A stretch of DNA of 64,000 nt from an uncultured virus (IMG/VR IMGVR_UViG_2061766007_000286) (Duplodnaviria > Heunggongvirae > Uroviricota > Caudoviricetes), in the IMG/VR virus record IMGVR_UViG_2061766007_000286; one strand, written 5' to 3'. The position numbers and the translations under genes were made by a program. Below the pieces are notes generated by a model. The model was not told the origin of the DNA, did no database searches, and saw only the letters and a program-made list of their open reading frames with translations. Positions 26,303 to 37,190 of the stretch are shown piece by piece. Positions within the stretch are counted from its first letter, which is position 1. The number at the start of each line of letters is the position of its first letter.

Positions 26303-27124
26303 ATGTCCAGTGAATTCCATGACCCCGTATACATGGCGTATGAAAACACTCTGAAGTCGCAGTCGATCGAACTGACGGACTCCCAGATGAACATGTATGC
26401 CGAAATGGCTCACAACGGAGACCCCGTCGCAAAGGAGGTCCTGTACAGAGCTTTCTATCGGTATATCATCTACCAGGCCGGTACCTTCAAGTCTGATGTG
26501 GTAAGCGTCACGGACATGATCACTCATGGAATTCTAGGACTGGACAAGGCGATCCAGATGATGGATCCGAAAGACACCCACGCGTTCCGGCAATATGCGA
26601 TCAACTACATCACGGGGTTCATGTACAAGGGGTTCAACCGCGAACACAACATGATCTACGTATCCGGGTATACCAAGTCCGCCGCGAAACGAGCAATCGA
26701 CGAAGAGGGGAAGGACGGACACGACCTCAACGTCAGGTACGCCCTTTTCCAGAACAACATGAGAGTGTCCATCGACGAAAACGGCAGATACGACAAGAGG
26801 GAAGGCAGATCTGGCGACGACGATGGCATCTACAAGGAGCTCGAAGACGAGTCGTACAATGTGGATACCAGTGCCGAAGAGCTGATCAACCGCACCCTGG
26901 CCAAGCTCCCGGACGATGAATACAGGTACCTGGTGAAGGCCTCGTTCGGCATCATGGGGGAACTCAAAAGGACCAAGGAGGAGCTGGTCGCCGAGGGGCA
27001 CAGGTTGTCGCACATTGGAAAGGCGCGCATGATGTTCGCCAGCAAGATGCGCAACGACCCGAAATATAGGCACCTTGATACGAAATCCGAGGGTCTTGGG
27101 AAGACTTTAAAAGCGCACAAGTGA
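26303..27124 (+). CDS. divergent sigma70-like factor
   Basis: AHNGDPVAKEVL...DMITHGILGLDKAIQMMDP...FRQYAINYI (region 2); region 4 degenerate; GAGGAG SD. Confidence 0.7.
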   Translation: MSSEFHDPVYMAYENTLKSQSIELTDSQMNMYAEMAHNGDPVAKEVLYRAFYRYIIYQAGTFKSDVVSVTDMITHGILGLDKAIQMMDPKDTHAFRQYAINYITGFMYKGFNREHNMIYVSGYTKSAAKRAIDEEGKDGHDLNVRYALFQNNMRVSIDENGRYDKREGRSGDDDGIYKELEDESYNVDTSAEELINRTLAKLPDDEYRYLVKASFGIMGELKRTKEELVAEGHRLSHIGKARMMFASKMRNDPKYRHLDTKSEGLGKTLKAHK

Positions 27125-27192
27125 ATCTTCGGTTCTCCACGGCCGTCATTATAAACTAATACTGAAGCATCCCGCCTGGGAGAGCACAGAAA

Positions 27193-28278
27193 ATGACGCC
27201 AGAGGAAACCAAGGAATTCATCGACAAGAATTTTGACGAGATCGTCAATCGCTACATCGACGCAGTCGTGGAACGCGGGAAAGAACGTTTTGGTTCGGAC
27301 TTCGTGCGTTCGGACTTCGTGCTCACGAACGACTTGAGAGAAAAGGTCAACGATTTCGTGAAAGAGACGATCGAAATCTTCAAGAACAACCTAGACGATG
27401 TAGGTCAGGCCAGCGTAGAAGACTTCATTGAATTTGTCAAGGACAGATTCGAAGCCGCCAGATCACAAGATGTGATCGACACGCTGCTTGATGAATATAA
27501 GGAAGACGATGACCTTGACGTTGACGATATGATGCGTCGTGCTGCCGCCGAAGACGAAAATGAGTACGACAGAAATACATACGGCGATAATACGAAAACC
27601 GATGCCGTCTCCACCATCGTCGCCCCAATGGTCAACCTGGCGAAGAATAAGCTGAAGGAAAAGTTTGTTGAATTCATGATCGAAAAGGCCGCAGAGAAGT
27701 TCGGTACCCTCTCGGACGATGTCATCGACGATATCGTTGGATATATCAAGCAGCTCGCGGATGTGTGCAAGAACGACGAACAGACGATGAAGACCATTTT
27801 CAACAAAGGTTATGGCTCCATTCCATCATACAAAGACGCTCTCAACTGGATCTTGGAAAAGGGAACATCGGAAGATCTCAAGGCGGAAGGCGAAAACCTA
27901 ATAACATCGGAAGACGATGAATCTTTATTCGAAAATCGGAGTAGCTATAACATCGAATACTATCCTCATGTGTATGTCGGGCGTACCGATGAATACTATA
28001 ACGAAGACCCGGACGACGATGGAGTTTTCGGCAACTCCTACAAATGGTGGACGTGGAGCGAAGAAGCTGATGACTCCGACTTCGCGAACGAAGGCCCGGT
28101 TTTCGAGTTGACCGAAGACGGCAAGGAAGATTTTTTTGAGTGGCTTGACGCCGAACAGGTTGGTCCCAATCTTGGGGATGGCCGACTGATAGATTGGCCG
28201 AAAAAGCACCTTTCCCACGAAGATGAATGGGAATATCTCACGAACCCGAAGAACGGGCTCTCAAAGAGAGTAAGGTAG
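27193..28278 (+). CDS. acidic hypothetical protein, putative late or virion-internal protein
   Basis: TATAAAC at 27150-27156; very D/E-rich. Confidence 0.6.
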   Translation: MTPEETKEFIDKNFDEIVNRYIDAVVERGKERFGSDFVRSDFVLTNDLREKVNDFVKETIEIFKNNLDDVGQASVEDFIEFVKDRFEAARSQDVIDTLLDEYKEDDDLDVDDMMRRAAAEDENEYDRNTYGDNTKTDAVSTIVAPMVNLAKNKLKEKFVEFMIEKAAEKFGTLSDDVIDDIVGYIKQLADVCKNDEQTMKTIFNKGYGSIPSYKDALNWILEKGTSEDLKAEGENLITSEDDESLFENRSSYNIEYYPHVYVGRTDEYYNEDPDDDGVFGNSYKWWTWSEEADDSDFANEGPVFELTEDGKEDFFEWLDAEQVGPNLGDGRLIDWPKKHLSHEDEWEYLTNPKNGLSKRVR

Positions 28279-28329
28279 CGACAAAAACCTATATTATGGA
28301 CGGGAGGCGCGCCCTCCCGTTTCTTTTAT

Positions 28330-29373
28330 ATGCCGACTCCAAGACCGCACAAAATGAGAAAGTTCATATTGGGGAACATCGCGAGAGTCTCCATGAAGCA
28401 GCGTCTTACACACTACTGGACCTGGTCGACCGTGCAGAAGTGGAAGGAACTGGCGAAGCAGGCGCGCTTCGTAAACCCAGGCGCCGACGACAAGACCCAA
28501 TATCTCAACGTGCTCGAGCACCACATCGAATCGTTCTGTCCCAACGTGTACATGAAGATGTACTACGAAAACCTACCGCCAGAATGGCGGAATTCCATCG
28601 TACACCCCAAGAAGAACATACCCTTGGACCTGGAATGTGACAGCCGGTTCCCCAACATGAACATGGCCATCAAGCTAACGAATCTCAAAGAAGTGAAGGA
28701 ACCGTTCGGGAAAAACATGTTGAGAGCTGCACAGGCGTGCGCGGTAGCCAAACAAATGTCCGTCCGACTCGGACACGAGGTGCTGGTGGAATCGGATGGG
28801 TTTCTGTACGATCCGAAGCTGCTCGGCAGATGCCTGCTGGCCATGATAGGCCGCGGCAGCATACGGGTGTTCCGCGATCCGATCCGGCATTTCACCCCGA
28901 CTCTCATAAAGTGCGAAGACACGTCGGTCATCGTGATAAACCCAAGGTTCTACATAGACATACACGAATACTCCAAGGTGGACCTTCGCACGTTCGTATA
29001 CAAGGGGGAGTGGAACGACGCATTGCAGGAATACCTGGACGGCGGATATTCGAACGACCCGCACAAGTTCGGATACGTGATCGGCTGCATCGAGCGGGAC
29101 CTGGTCAAACCATACATCGCGAAAGTGCATGAGAAACTCGGATTGAAGAAGCCTTCCGGCGCCATATTCGAAGAATACAAGCGCGCCTGCATGAAGGAAA
29201 TAAACCCCGCCGGTCGGCCCGCAGAGGTCGTGGACATGTTCGAACGACTTAAGAAGTATTACACCAGGGTGTGCGAGATACTTGAGGATCCGAAAGCCGA
29301 ATACTCCGCCTGCGACCAGGAACTCAGATCCATGGCAGGGGAGTTGTTTGGTTCTTCAACGGAGAATACTTGA
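28330..29373 (+). CDS. hypothetical protein (ATA-rich codon usage)
   Basis: 347-aa ORF after an AAAACCTATATTA promoter variant. Confidence 0.6.
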   Translation: MPTPRPHKMRKFILGNIARVSMKQRLTHYWTWSTVQKWKELAKQARFVNPGADDKTQYLNVLEHHIESFCPNVYMKMYYENLPPEWRNSIVHPKKNIPLDLECDSRFPNMNMAIKLTNLKEVKEPFGKNMLRAAQACAVAKQMSVRLGHEVLVESDGFLYDPKLLGRCLLAMIGRGSIRVFRDPIRHFTPTLIKCEDTSVIVINPRFYIDIHEYSKVDLRTFVYKGEWNDALQEYLDGGYSNDPHKFGYVIGCIERDLVKPYIAKVHEKLGLKKPSGAIFEEYKRACMKEINPAGRPAEVVDMFERLKKYYTRVCEILEDPKAEYSACDQELRSMAGELFGSSTENT

Positions 29374-29771
29374 CGATCCTGGTACCAGGATCCATCATCT
29401 GCATCTCCATCTCTTCCGCGGCCGCGTTATAGCTGAGAAACTTTTTGGCCCTTGTAGGCTTCCCGCTGAAATGCGTGCCATCCCAATATCCAACGACCTC
29501 TCCATGGTCATCGGGGCACACGATTATGTAGAGACATGTGGATCTCTTCGGATGTATCACGTTCATTCTTCGAAAATGTCGGTGGAAACAACCACGATAT
29601 ACACGATCTTCCATACAATGCTCGCGATCAATGCCGCGAATAACCGAATAGCCAACCCGATGTCGGCTGCCGTAATGATGATAAGCACGGCGAATATCGC
29701 CATGATATCCGCGCAAAGCACACGCGCCACTGTCTTCTTGTCAAACATATGATGTTCCTCTTCGTTCTTGA

Positions 29772-30119
29772 TCAAGGGATAGACTTCTTTCCAGGCGTGT
29801 TCCAGTTGAGATAGCCGGTCTCTTCCAGAAGCTTGGCCTTTTCTTCATACTTCTCCAGAATGGCCTTCGCACCGATCAACCTTTCTTCATAAGCCCACAG
29901 CTCGTCGGTGTATTCCTCTACCAGAAACTCCTCGAACGTCATTCCGTCTTCGCGAAATTCGTTGAATCGCAGGAACTCCTTGTCGGTGACTCTACCTTTC
30001 TTCAAGCGGAACGAAACGTTTTCTATCTTCCTCTTCCTGCGTTCGACGGCTTTCTGCGACCGCTCAACGAGTTTACGGGCGGTCTCTATCCTGCGCTTTA
30101 CGGTCTCCTGCTTTATCAT
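29772..30119 (-). CDS. coiled-coil hypothetical protein
   Basis: ORF within a minus-strand gene run. Confidence 0.5.
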   Translation of the reverse strand: MIKQETVKRRIETARKLVERSQKAVERRKRKIENVSFRLKKGRVTDKEFLRFNEFREDGMTFEEFLVEEYTDELWAYEERLIGAKAILEKYEEKAKLLEETGYLNWNTPGKKSIP

Positions 30120-30568
30120 ACCTAAATACGTTTGCGCTTTTTGGGTTTCGGTGCTCTCTTCTCATGCGGCGCGCACGGCCGGGAGGTAACCACCATCTTC
30201 TTGTGGCGATTTATCTTCCGGTCTCGTTCGTCGGCATGCCTGTCGAGCAACCCGACACATGGGTACATCATTGTTCCAGTNNNNNNNNNNTGTTCCCTTT
30301 CTTCAGGCGGAACGGAACGTTTTCTATCTTCCTCTTCCTGCGTTCGACGGCTTTCTGCGACCGCTCAACGAGTTTACGGGCGGTCTCTATCCTGCGTTTT
30401 ACGGTCTCCTGCTTTATCATCCCTAGATACGTTTGTGCTTTTTGGGTTTCGGGGCTCTCTTCTCATGCGGTGCACACGGACGGGAGGTAACCACCATCTT
30501 CTTGTGGCGATTTATCTTCCGGTCTCGTTCCTCGGCATGCCTGTCGAGCAACCCGACACATGGGTACA

Positions 30569-31150
30569 TCATTGTTCCAGTCCTTTCTCTTCCCAGTAGT
30601 AGTGCTCTTTTTTCCCGATCTTCCCGCGGAGCATCATGCGCTTTCCGCACTGCGGACAGTTCGGCCACTGTTCGGAACTCCCTTGCTGGATGATGCAACC
30701 GCAGCCAGGGCAGTTGTATTCGTTCCACGGATCCTCGGACAAAATCCTTTTGTCGGTCTTGGTGTAGACGACGTCGTCGTTCAACGGGTCCCCGGAAACC
30801 TTTTTGCCATCGCCGGCAAAATGGTGCCGTAGAATTCCCGTGCCGTACTTTCTCTGGTTTTCCAGCATTTCCAGAAGAAGTCGTCTGGCGCCACGAACCA
30901 TCCGACAGAGCCTCTTCATCTGTTGTTCTTCGGCATCTGCGTGCACATCGAGATCGTCCACCATCTTGATGACGCCGTCATGGACAGCCTGCTTGACCAC
31001 CAGTCGATACACACCGTCGAGAAGTTCGGCCGCGGCCTCATATGTGTTCTGCCGTTCAACTTCCTTCTCCAGGAGCGCTTCTTCCAGAATGGAATCCTTC
31101 TTGGAACTTTCTCTTGTGGTCTCTTCTTCCATGTTTTCGTTCTCCATCAT
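30569..31150 (-). CDS. protein with C-terminal zinc ribbon
   Basis: CPGCG...CPQCG; probable start MMENEN. Confidence 0.55.
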   Translation of the reverse strand: MMENENMEEETTRESSKKDSILEEALLEKEVERQNTYEAAAELLDGVYRLVVKQAVHDGVIKMVDDLDVHADAEEQQMKRLCRMVRGARRLLLEMLENQRKYGTGILRHHFAGDGKKVSGDPLNDDVVYTKTDKRILSEDPWNEYNCPGCGCIIQQGSSEQWPNCPQCGKRMMLRGKIGKKEHYYWEEKGLEQ

Positions 31151-31365
31151 TTCCTCCCGAACCGAAGTTCGATCAAATGCTTCCTCATCTCCTCGTCTCC
31201 CCACACTCTCTTCATCGTGTCCCGCTTCAAAGCCGACTTGCACGCGGTCCGTCCGCAGCTCTTCGAAAGATTCCCGCTCGCCTGGATCTTCACCCAGTCT
31301 CCGCAATACGGGCACCGAGGAAAACTTCCATCGGCTTTCTCGCGTTCTGCTTCCCAGTCGGTCAT
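31147..31365 (-). CDS. small zinc-finger-like protein
   Basis: CPYC...CGRTAC; follows the promoter at 31410-31422. Confidence 0.5.
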   Translation of the reverse strand: MTDWEAEREKADGSFPRCPYCGDWVKIQASGNLSKSCGRTACKSALKRDTMKRVWGDEEMRKHLIELRFGRK

Positions 31366-32305
31366 ATTTCCTGAACGAGTTTGATGAGCTTGTTATTCGT
31401 CCTGATCAGAATATAGTATTTTCCGGAGCCTCAATCGTCATGCATTGGCGTTCTCCTTACTTCGTCTCTTCTTTCCCCTTTCGCAGGATATCAAGAGCCT
31501 CGTCCAGAGTTTCCACCTTGAAGGATTTCCAATTTCCATTTTTGTTGTCAAGGCTTTCCGGACGAACCCACCACTTTCCGTCTGGTCTNNNNNNNNNNAG
31601 ATATCAAGAGCCTCGTCTAGAGTTTCCACCAGGAATGATCGCCAGTTTCCTTTTTTGTTGTCAAGGCTTTCCGGACGAACCCACCACTTTCCGTCTGGTC
31701 TATGGCAAAGCTTCGGTGCGATGTAAATAACACCATCACGTTTGAATATATAGGTTTCGACTTTACCACCAGAGGGTTCACCCGCGATGCCGTCAATCCC
31801 ATCTGTATAAAGCAGTTCCATCTCAGGATAAATTTCTCTTACTATAGCCAGCGTGCCCATCGTTTTTTCTCCTTGGTCCATGACCTTTTTGTCCGCCATT
31901 TCGTATTCGTTTTCCATCATGAGCGTAGCCAACACCAGGCACTTCCGGCAGATTTCATTGTCAACCGGGTCCTCGTGTTCACGTTTGCATCCCAGGCAAC
32001 CCGATCTGTTCGACGCGTGAAGAACCTTCATCTTCTGGACAATATGTCTTGCCCAGAATTCGTCGTAAATCTTGTCCCTGATGTGTTCCTTCATGAACTT
32101 GGCAAGATCCTTCTCGAAGTTCTCGTCTATGTAGAACAGAAAAGTCCTGTAGCAGATCTTCTTGAAAGAGCGCTGTTCGGCAAAGGCGTCGAGATCGTGT
32201 ACGAACGACGAGATATCCAGTTCGTTCTCGTAGCACCCGGCGAAGATTTCCCCAAGAACCGCGTCCCTGAGATCATCCGAAGAGCAAAGTTGATGACTCA
32301 TTATA

Positions 32306-32752
32306 CTACCTCTTCCAGTTCTTCATAAACCACTCATCCACCAAAAAGAAAACCGCAGACTTCAGCAACGAGCTATCCACATCCGCAAGTTTACGTTTGT
32401 ATGGATAAATCCTCTTCCCGTTTTTTCTCACCAAACCCATTCCTCTGAATAGAATCTCCCCATAACCAGTAGTAAACGGGGGAATGGTGAACGTAAACCC
32501 CATATTGCCTTTAATGGCTTCGGGCGAAACGCATGTCACGCTGATCTCACTAAGCCCGTTAGTCCATTTCTCGAACTTCGCCCCCGTAACATCCTCAAGC
32601 TCTGGAAGTATATCTCCCAGACACGCGTCGACCGCTTGAAGAATGTCAACAAGCCTTTTCACAGAACTATAGAAATCTTCATACTCTAACAACACGACTT
32701 CCTCGCGTTCGGTTTCCTGGTCGGTAAATCCACCATCAATCGATATTCTCAA
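32306..32752 (-). CDS. hypothetical protein, tandem paralogue 1
   Basis: shares VDxCLGDILPELEDVTG...FFLVDEWFMKNWK with the neighbouring gene. Confidence 0.6.
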   Translation of the reverse strand: MRISIDGGFTDQETEREEVVLLEYEDFYSSVKRLVDILQAVDACLGDILPELEDVTGAKFEKWTNGLSEISVTCVSPEAIKGNMGFTFTIPPFTTGYGEILFRGMGLVRKNGKRIYPYKRKLADVDSSLLKSAVFFLVDEWFMKNWKR

Positions 32753-32757
32753 TTATT

Positions 32758-33153
32758 TTACTCCTTCCAGTTCTTCATAAACCACTCATCCACCAAAAAG
32801 AAAACCTCAGACTTCAGCAACGAGCGATCCACATCCCCCTCAAGTTTCCGTGTGTATGTATAAAACACCTTCCCCCTTTTTCTTACAAAACCCATTCCTC
32901 TGAATTGAATCTCCCCATAACCAGTAGTAGATGGGGAGACGGTGAAGATAAACGCCGTATTGTCTTCTTTTGCTATAGGCGAAACGCATTTCACTCTGAT
33001 ATGAGACATCACCCCTTCAAACCGCTTCTCGAACTTCAACCCGGTAACATCCTCAAGCTCTGGAAGTATATCTCCAAGACACTCGTCGACCGCTCGAAGA
33101 AGGTCGACAAGCCTTTTCAGAGAATTCATGTAATCTTCGGACACGAACTTCAC
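32758..33153 (-). CDS. hypothetical protein, tandem paralogue 2
   Basis: same shared motifs; probable GTG start. Confidence 0.6.
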   Translation of the reverse strand: MKFVSEDYMNSLKRLVDLLRAVDECLGDILPELEDVTGLKFEKRFEGVMSHIRVKCVSPIAKEDNTAFIFTVSPSTTGYGEIQFRGMGFVRKRGKVFYTYTRKLEGDVDRSLLKSEVFFLVDEWFMKNWKE

Positions 33154-33506
33154 GGCTTCCTCGCGTTCTTCCGGTTTTCCCAGCAATAGTCGGCGAATCG
33201 ATCCCAGTTGTTCTTCACCTGGTCCCACACGTCGATCTTGCAAGCTTCCTTCTCCATGTCGGCGCCGCCAGGGCAAGGCCACGGCAGAGTCTGCATTTCG
33301 TATTCGCACCGCCCCCAATATGTATATTTGCAGGCGCGCTCCAGCTTCTCCTCGAATTCCTTCCGATCCTCGATCTTCCGAAGTTCATAGAAGTTCTTGG
33401 AGAACGAAATGGTATCGAACACGTTGAACGCCTTGGGCGAACGGACTTCACCCTTGGACCAGGAATTCTCGTAGTTCATAACGTTCCACTCAAGCTTCTT
33501 CTTCAT
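33150..33506 (-). CDS. phage hypothetical protein
   Basis: YWGRCEYE...KIDVWDQVKNNWDRF; AAGGAGG SD. Confidence 0.65.
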   Translation of the reverse strand: MKKKLEWNVMNYENSWSKGEVRSPKAFNVFDTISFSKNFYELRKIEDRKEFEEKLERACKYTYWGRCEYEMQTLPWPCPGGADMEKEACKIDVWDQVKNNWDRFADYCWENRKNARKP

Positions 33507-34340
33507 GTCATCCTCCTTCTCAAATTGGCCAACCCTTCTTTCCACTTCTCAAAATTCGTCATCGTCTCCCTCGTGGAAAAGGTCAAACGCTGCCCAAGCA
33601 ATTTTTGCCGCAACGATGGCTATGAACAATCCAACAACCGCGATGACACAAATAACGTCGTCGAGCGTCAGCGCAAAAACAAAGTCAGGCATTTGTTTCC
33701 TCCTCGGTGGAGGTAAGCCACCTCCAAAGTCGCATAAACGGCGAATTCTTCGCTTCCTCCGGGTCGTGTTCATCAAGGAAATGGATGTGCGCGTGCGTAT
33801 CTTCCGGAGCGTATTGAGCTGTTAGCCACACGTCATCCTTTGCGGGGAACTGCGTATAAAGCAGGTCAAGGCGAATGAGAATTTCTCCTTTGTATTGAAG
33901 CCAATACTGCGTTTCTTCAACCGGCGCGCGCTGAGCGATAGCCATAAGAGGATAAGCACAGCGGACAAATTTGCCGGTCTTGTCGTTAATGTCGCTTATA
34001 ACGCCATCTATCAACCGCGCCGCAACATCGCGCAGTGCCTCTTGTGCAAATCCAGAACGCTCCGCAACCACGTTATACGGATAGGAGTCAAGTAGCGTGT
34101 TCTTTGCCTCTTCTATTCTCGATCCACTTTTCATTCCTCCTCCTTCGCCGTTATCCCCGCCTTCCATTTCTCAAAGTTGGTCATTCTTGTGCCTCAGAAG
34201 ATACCCATTCGCTGAATACATCACCGCACGATTTGAGGACTGTCATACCGTCCATAACACACTTTTTCTCATATAGATGCTTGGCGCAATATGATGAAGC
34301 AGGACNNNNNNNNNNACCGCCTTCCATTTCTCAAAGTTTG

Positions 34341-34583
34341 TCATTCTTGTGCCTCAGAAGATACCCATTCGCTGAATACATCGCCGCACGATTTGAGGAT
34401 TGTCGTGCCGTCCACAACACACTTTTTCTCATATAGATGCTTGGCGCAATATGATGAAGCAGGACAACTACTGCAAGTCAGGATGATTCTCTTATCATTG
34501 AGAACAGGCGACATCCCTGTTTGCGATCCTGCATAGAAATCGTCTTTCGTCAGGCCGTTTTTCCATTTCTCAAAGTTCGTCAT
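34341..34583 (-). CDS. MTNFEKWK-family Cys-rich small protein
   Basis: CSSCPASSYC; GGAGGAGG SD. Confidence 0.55.
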   Translation of the reverse strand: MTNFEKWKNGLTKDDFYAGSQTGMSPVLNDKRIILTCSSCPASSYCAKHLYEKKCVVDGTTILKSCGDVFSEWVSSEAQE

Positions 34584-35222
34584 TTAGTTTCCTCCTCCGG
34601 CTCGGCAAGGTCGCCGAAAACAGCGCGGCACCGCTCCCTAAACGCCTCCTCCTTCTCCTCCTCCGTTTCGGGTGCGGCGAGGTCGAGGATAATGTCACGG
34701 AGGTCCTTCGCAATCACCACAGAGGCGTTGTGGAGGGCTAGGTTTCGCTCGTCATTTTTGTACCGCCACGTGTCCGTCTCCCGTACGTAGTCACGGATTT
34801 CCATCAGCCGTTCGCAGAGTTCGCGCTTTGTCATTTTTCATCCTCCTCAGTTTCGGTTCATTCTCCTTCCAGGNNNNNNNNNNTAGGAGGTCGCGGAGGG
34901 CGTTGCAGATATTATAGAACGTGGCAGTGCCAACGAAGCCACGGATAGCTGTCAGCTGTTTACGGAGTTCTCGCTTTGTCATTTTTCATCCTCCTCAGTT
35001 TCGGTTCATTCTCCTTCCAGGACATCCTTTTCGGCACAATACTCAGCATCGTGAATAATGCTGTCGATTTCCTTCTGCGAAATCCCATCGGCCAGCCACT
35101 TGTCCTCCATATCATAGGCCAACTTCCGAAACGCGTGCTCGGCTTCTCGCATCTTCAGCGCGAGAGGCAAAAGCATTCTAACGAACTCGAAGTGTTCATC
35201 ATGTGTCAAAATCTTTTTCTTT

Positions 35223-35885
35223 TTAGGCATGCTCATCCTCCTCGACCTCGACGTACTGCTTTGTACGGCGGTGGTTCAGTTCAATTCGAAGTCTGCCATG
35301 CTTGCGGGAAGCCTTCGCGTCTAAACATCCAAAAGCAAATTCCGCCTCTTCGCCGCCCGTGACGCCTGCGACGACCTTGGAAACCGCGCCCTCAATCGAG
35401 CCTCTCGCCCACGAAAACATCCGCTCGGGGGAGTCGGAGCAGATTTCCCATTCCGCGTCGGCCACCTTGCCGAAGTCGATTTTCTTGATGGCTTTCTCGC
35501 CAAGCGCAAGAAACTGCTCTTTGATGCTACTACCGGGAGCATTCCCCTCCTGGCATACCGGGTCTTCTTTTTTCTCCACAACAGTTCCGACCCCATTAAA
35601 CCCGGGCTTCTTCCCGCGATTGATGATATCGACCGCTCTATTCACATCCTCGACGACCCCATTCGCCGCGGTCCATGCATACATGATATACTGCTCCCCG
35701 AGAAACAGCAGGATCTCGTCCGGGAAAATCTCCACCCGGCCGCCATGTTCAAATCGGATCCGGTAAAACAACCCGGAAACATCGCCCACGTCCAACCCGA
35801 CACCAAGCTCATTGTGGGAAATCCCGCCTTTGTCCAGGATGGAAATCAGTTCCCCGACCAGATTGGTTCCATAAAATGAACTCAT
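35223..35885 (-). CDS. hypothetical protein
   Basis: 220-aa ORF with AAGGAG SD. Confidence 0.55.
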   Translation of the reverse strand: MSSFYGTNLVGELISILDKGGISHNELGVGLDVGDVSGLFYRIRFEHGGRVEIFPDEILLFLGEQYIMYAWTAANGVVEDVNRAVDIINRGKKPGFNGVGTVVEKKEDPVCQEGNAPGSSIKEQFLALGEKAIKKIDFGKVADAEWEICSDSPERMFSWARGSIEGAVSKVVAGVTGGEEAEFAFGCLDAKASRKHGRLRIELNHRRTKQYVEVEEDEHA

Positions 35886-35888
35886 CTT

Positions 35889-36311
35889 TCAGTTCTCCTT
35901 TTCATACTTTTCCTTGAGCCTCTTCAGTTCGGCCAGCTCATGTTCCCTGACCGATTCGGCTTCCTTGGCCTTCTGCTCGGCCTCCTTCGCTCTTTTCTGT
36001 GTCAGGATTTCCTCAAGTGTTTTGTTCAGAGCATCATCGGTCAATTCAAGCCAAGAAGCGGGGAAACGGCCAACCTCTTCATCTCTAATCCCGTTATAAC
36101 CGTAGTCATCATAGACTACTCTATCAAAGCCAATCATTTTATCATCAGTAGTCAAATCCCACCAATCGGCACTTTTTTGTGCGCTCGGGCATATCGCTTT
36201 CATGTATTTGCCGTAAACCTCATTGCAACGGTCATTGAGGATTTCCCGGTCAAAAATGATTCTCCGGATGTCTTTGATGGTGTATAGCACCTCTTCGATA
36301 GAGTATGACAT
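35889..36311 (-). CDS. hypothetical protein with charged C-terminal helix
   Basis: ends EHELAELKRLKEKYE; GGAGG SD. Confidence 0.6.
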   Translation of the reverse strand: MSYSIEEVLYTIKDIRRIIFDREILNDRCNEVYGKYMKAICPSAQKSADWWDLTTDDKMIGFDRVVYDDYGYNGIRDEEVGRFPASWLELTDDALNKTLEEILTQKRAKEAEQKAKEAESVREHELAELKRLKEKYEKEN

Positions 36312-36914
36312 CTCAGTCCTCCTTCTTCTTTTTCATGTTGCGTTCATAAGCCAGCATGTCTTTCCTTGTCCGCCCAATCATACGCAGACAAGTCGCAACG
36401 TTCTCCAGTGCAATATCCATCGTTTTGTAGTCAGCACGGCTGGCGTTGGAACCAAAACCTCTTGCGGCATCTTGCAACCACCCGTTTGCGTTTGCAAGAC
36501 TTCTCTGCAAATCCTTTCTAAAATCATGAATAGCACTCATCTTTCAGTTCTCCTTATTGAGATCGATATTCGGCGGGGCATCCCCGGTCCGTTCCACGAT
36601 GAACTGTCCCTGGAACGACTTGTATACCTTCTTTCCGTTCTTGTCCAGAACAAACGTCGCCATCATCGAACTAGCGTTCTTGCTGGTGAAGATGACCTTC
36701 CAATCAACGACATTCCTCAGAACAGCGATCGGTTCCCCGGACATCGAATAAATTTTCACAATGTTCATTTCTCAGTTCTCCTTCTTCATCTTCAGAGTAA
36801 GTTCCTTCAGCTGCGCCATGACCTTCGCCTTCGACTTCCTGTCCAATCTCATCTTTCGCATTTCAGTTCTCCTTTTTGAACGCCCTCTGGATATAATATA
36901 GTATTTTCCGCGCC

Positions 36915-36980
36915 AAAAAGAAAAGGGACCCTGGATGTGGCTCCGGGTCCCGCTAGGTCAGGAGATATATGGATAACAAC
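36915..36980 (-). ncRNA. putative small RNA 1 (antisense to SD+AUG) with its own promoter and terminator
   Basis: promoter 36986-36999; body GTTGTTATCCATATATCTCCTGACC; GGGACCC/GGGTCCC hairpin plus TTTTCTTTTT. Confidence 0.6.
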
Positions 36981-37006
36981 ACTCTTAATATAGTATTTTC
37001 CCTGGC

Positions 37007-37072
37007 AAAAGAAAAGGGACCCTGGATGTGGCTCCGGGTCCCGTTAGGTCAGGAGATAATATGAATAGCAAC
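37007..37072 (-). ncRNA. putative small RNA 2
   Basis: promoter 37078-37091; body GTTGCTATTCATATTATCTCCTGACC; same terminator. Confidence 0.6.
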
Positions 37073-37133
37073 ACTCTTAATATAGTATTTTCCACGGCCG
37101 AAAGTAAAAGAAAACCCCNNNNNNNNNNCCCGT

Positions 37134-37190
37134 AAAGAAAAGGGACCTGGAAAAACCAGGTCCCGTAAGGACAGGAGCATACATTATGAT
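37134..37190 (-). ncRNA. putative small RNA 3 (divergent, possibly allelic to RNA 2)
   Basis: promoter 37196-37209; body ATCATAATGTATGCTCCTGTCC; GGGACCTGG/CCAGGTCCC plus U-tract. Confidence 0.55.
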
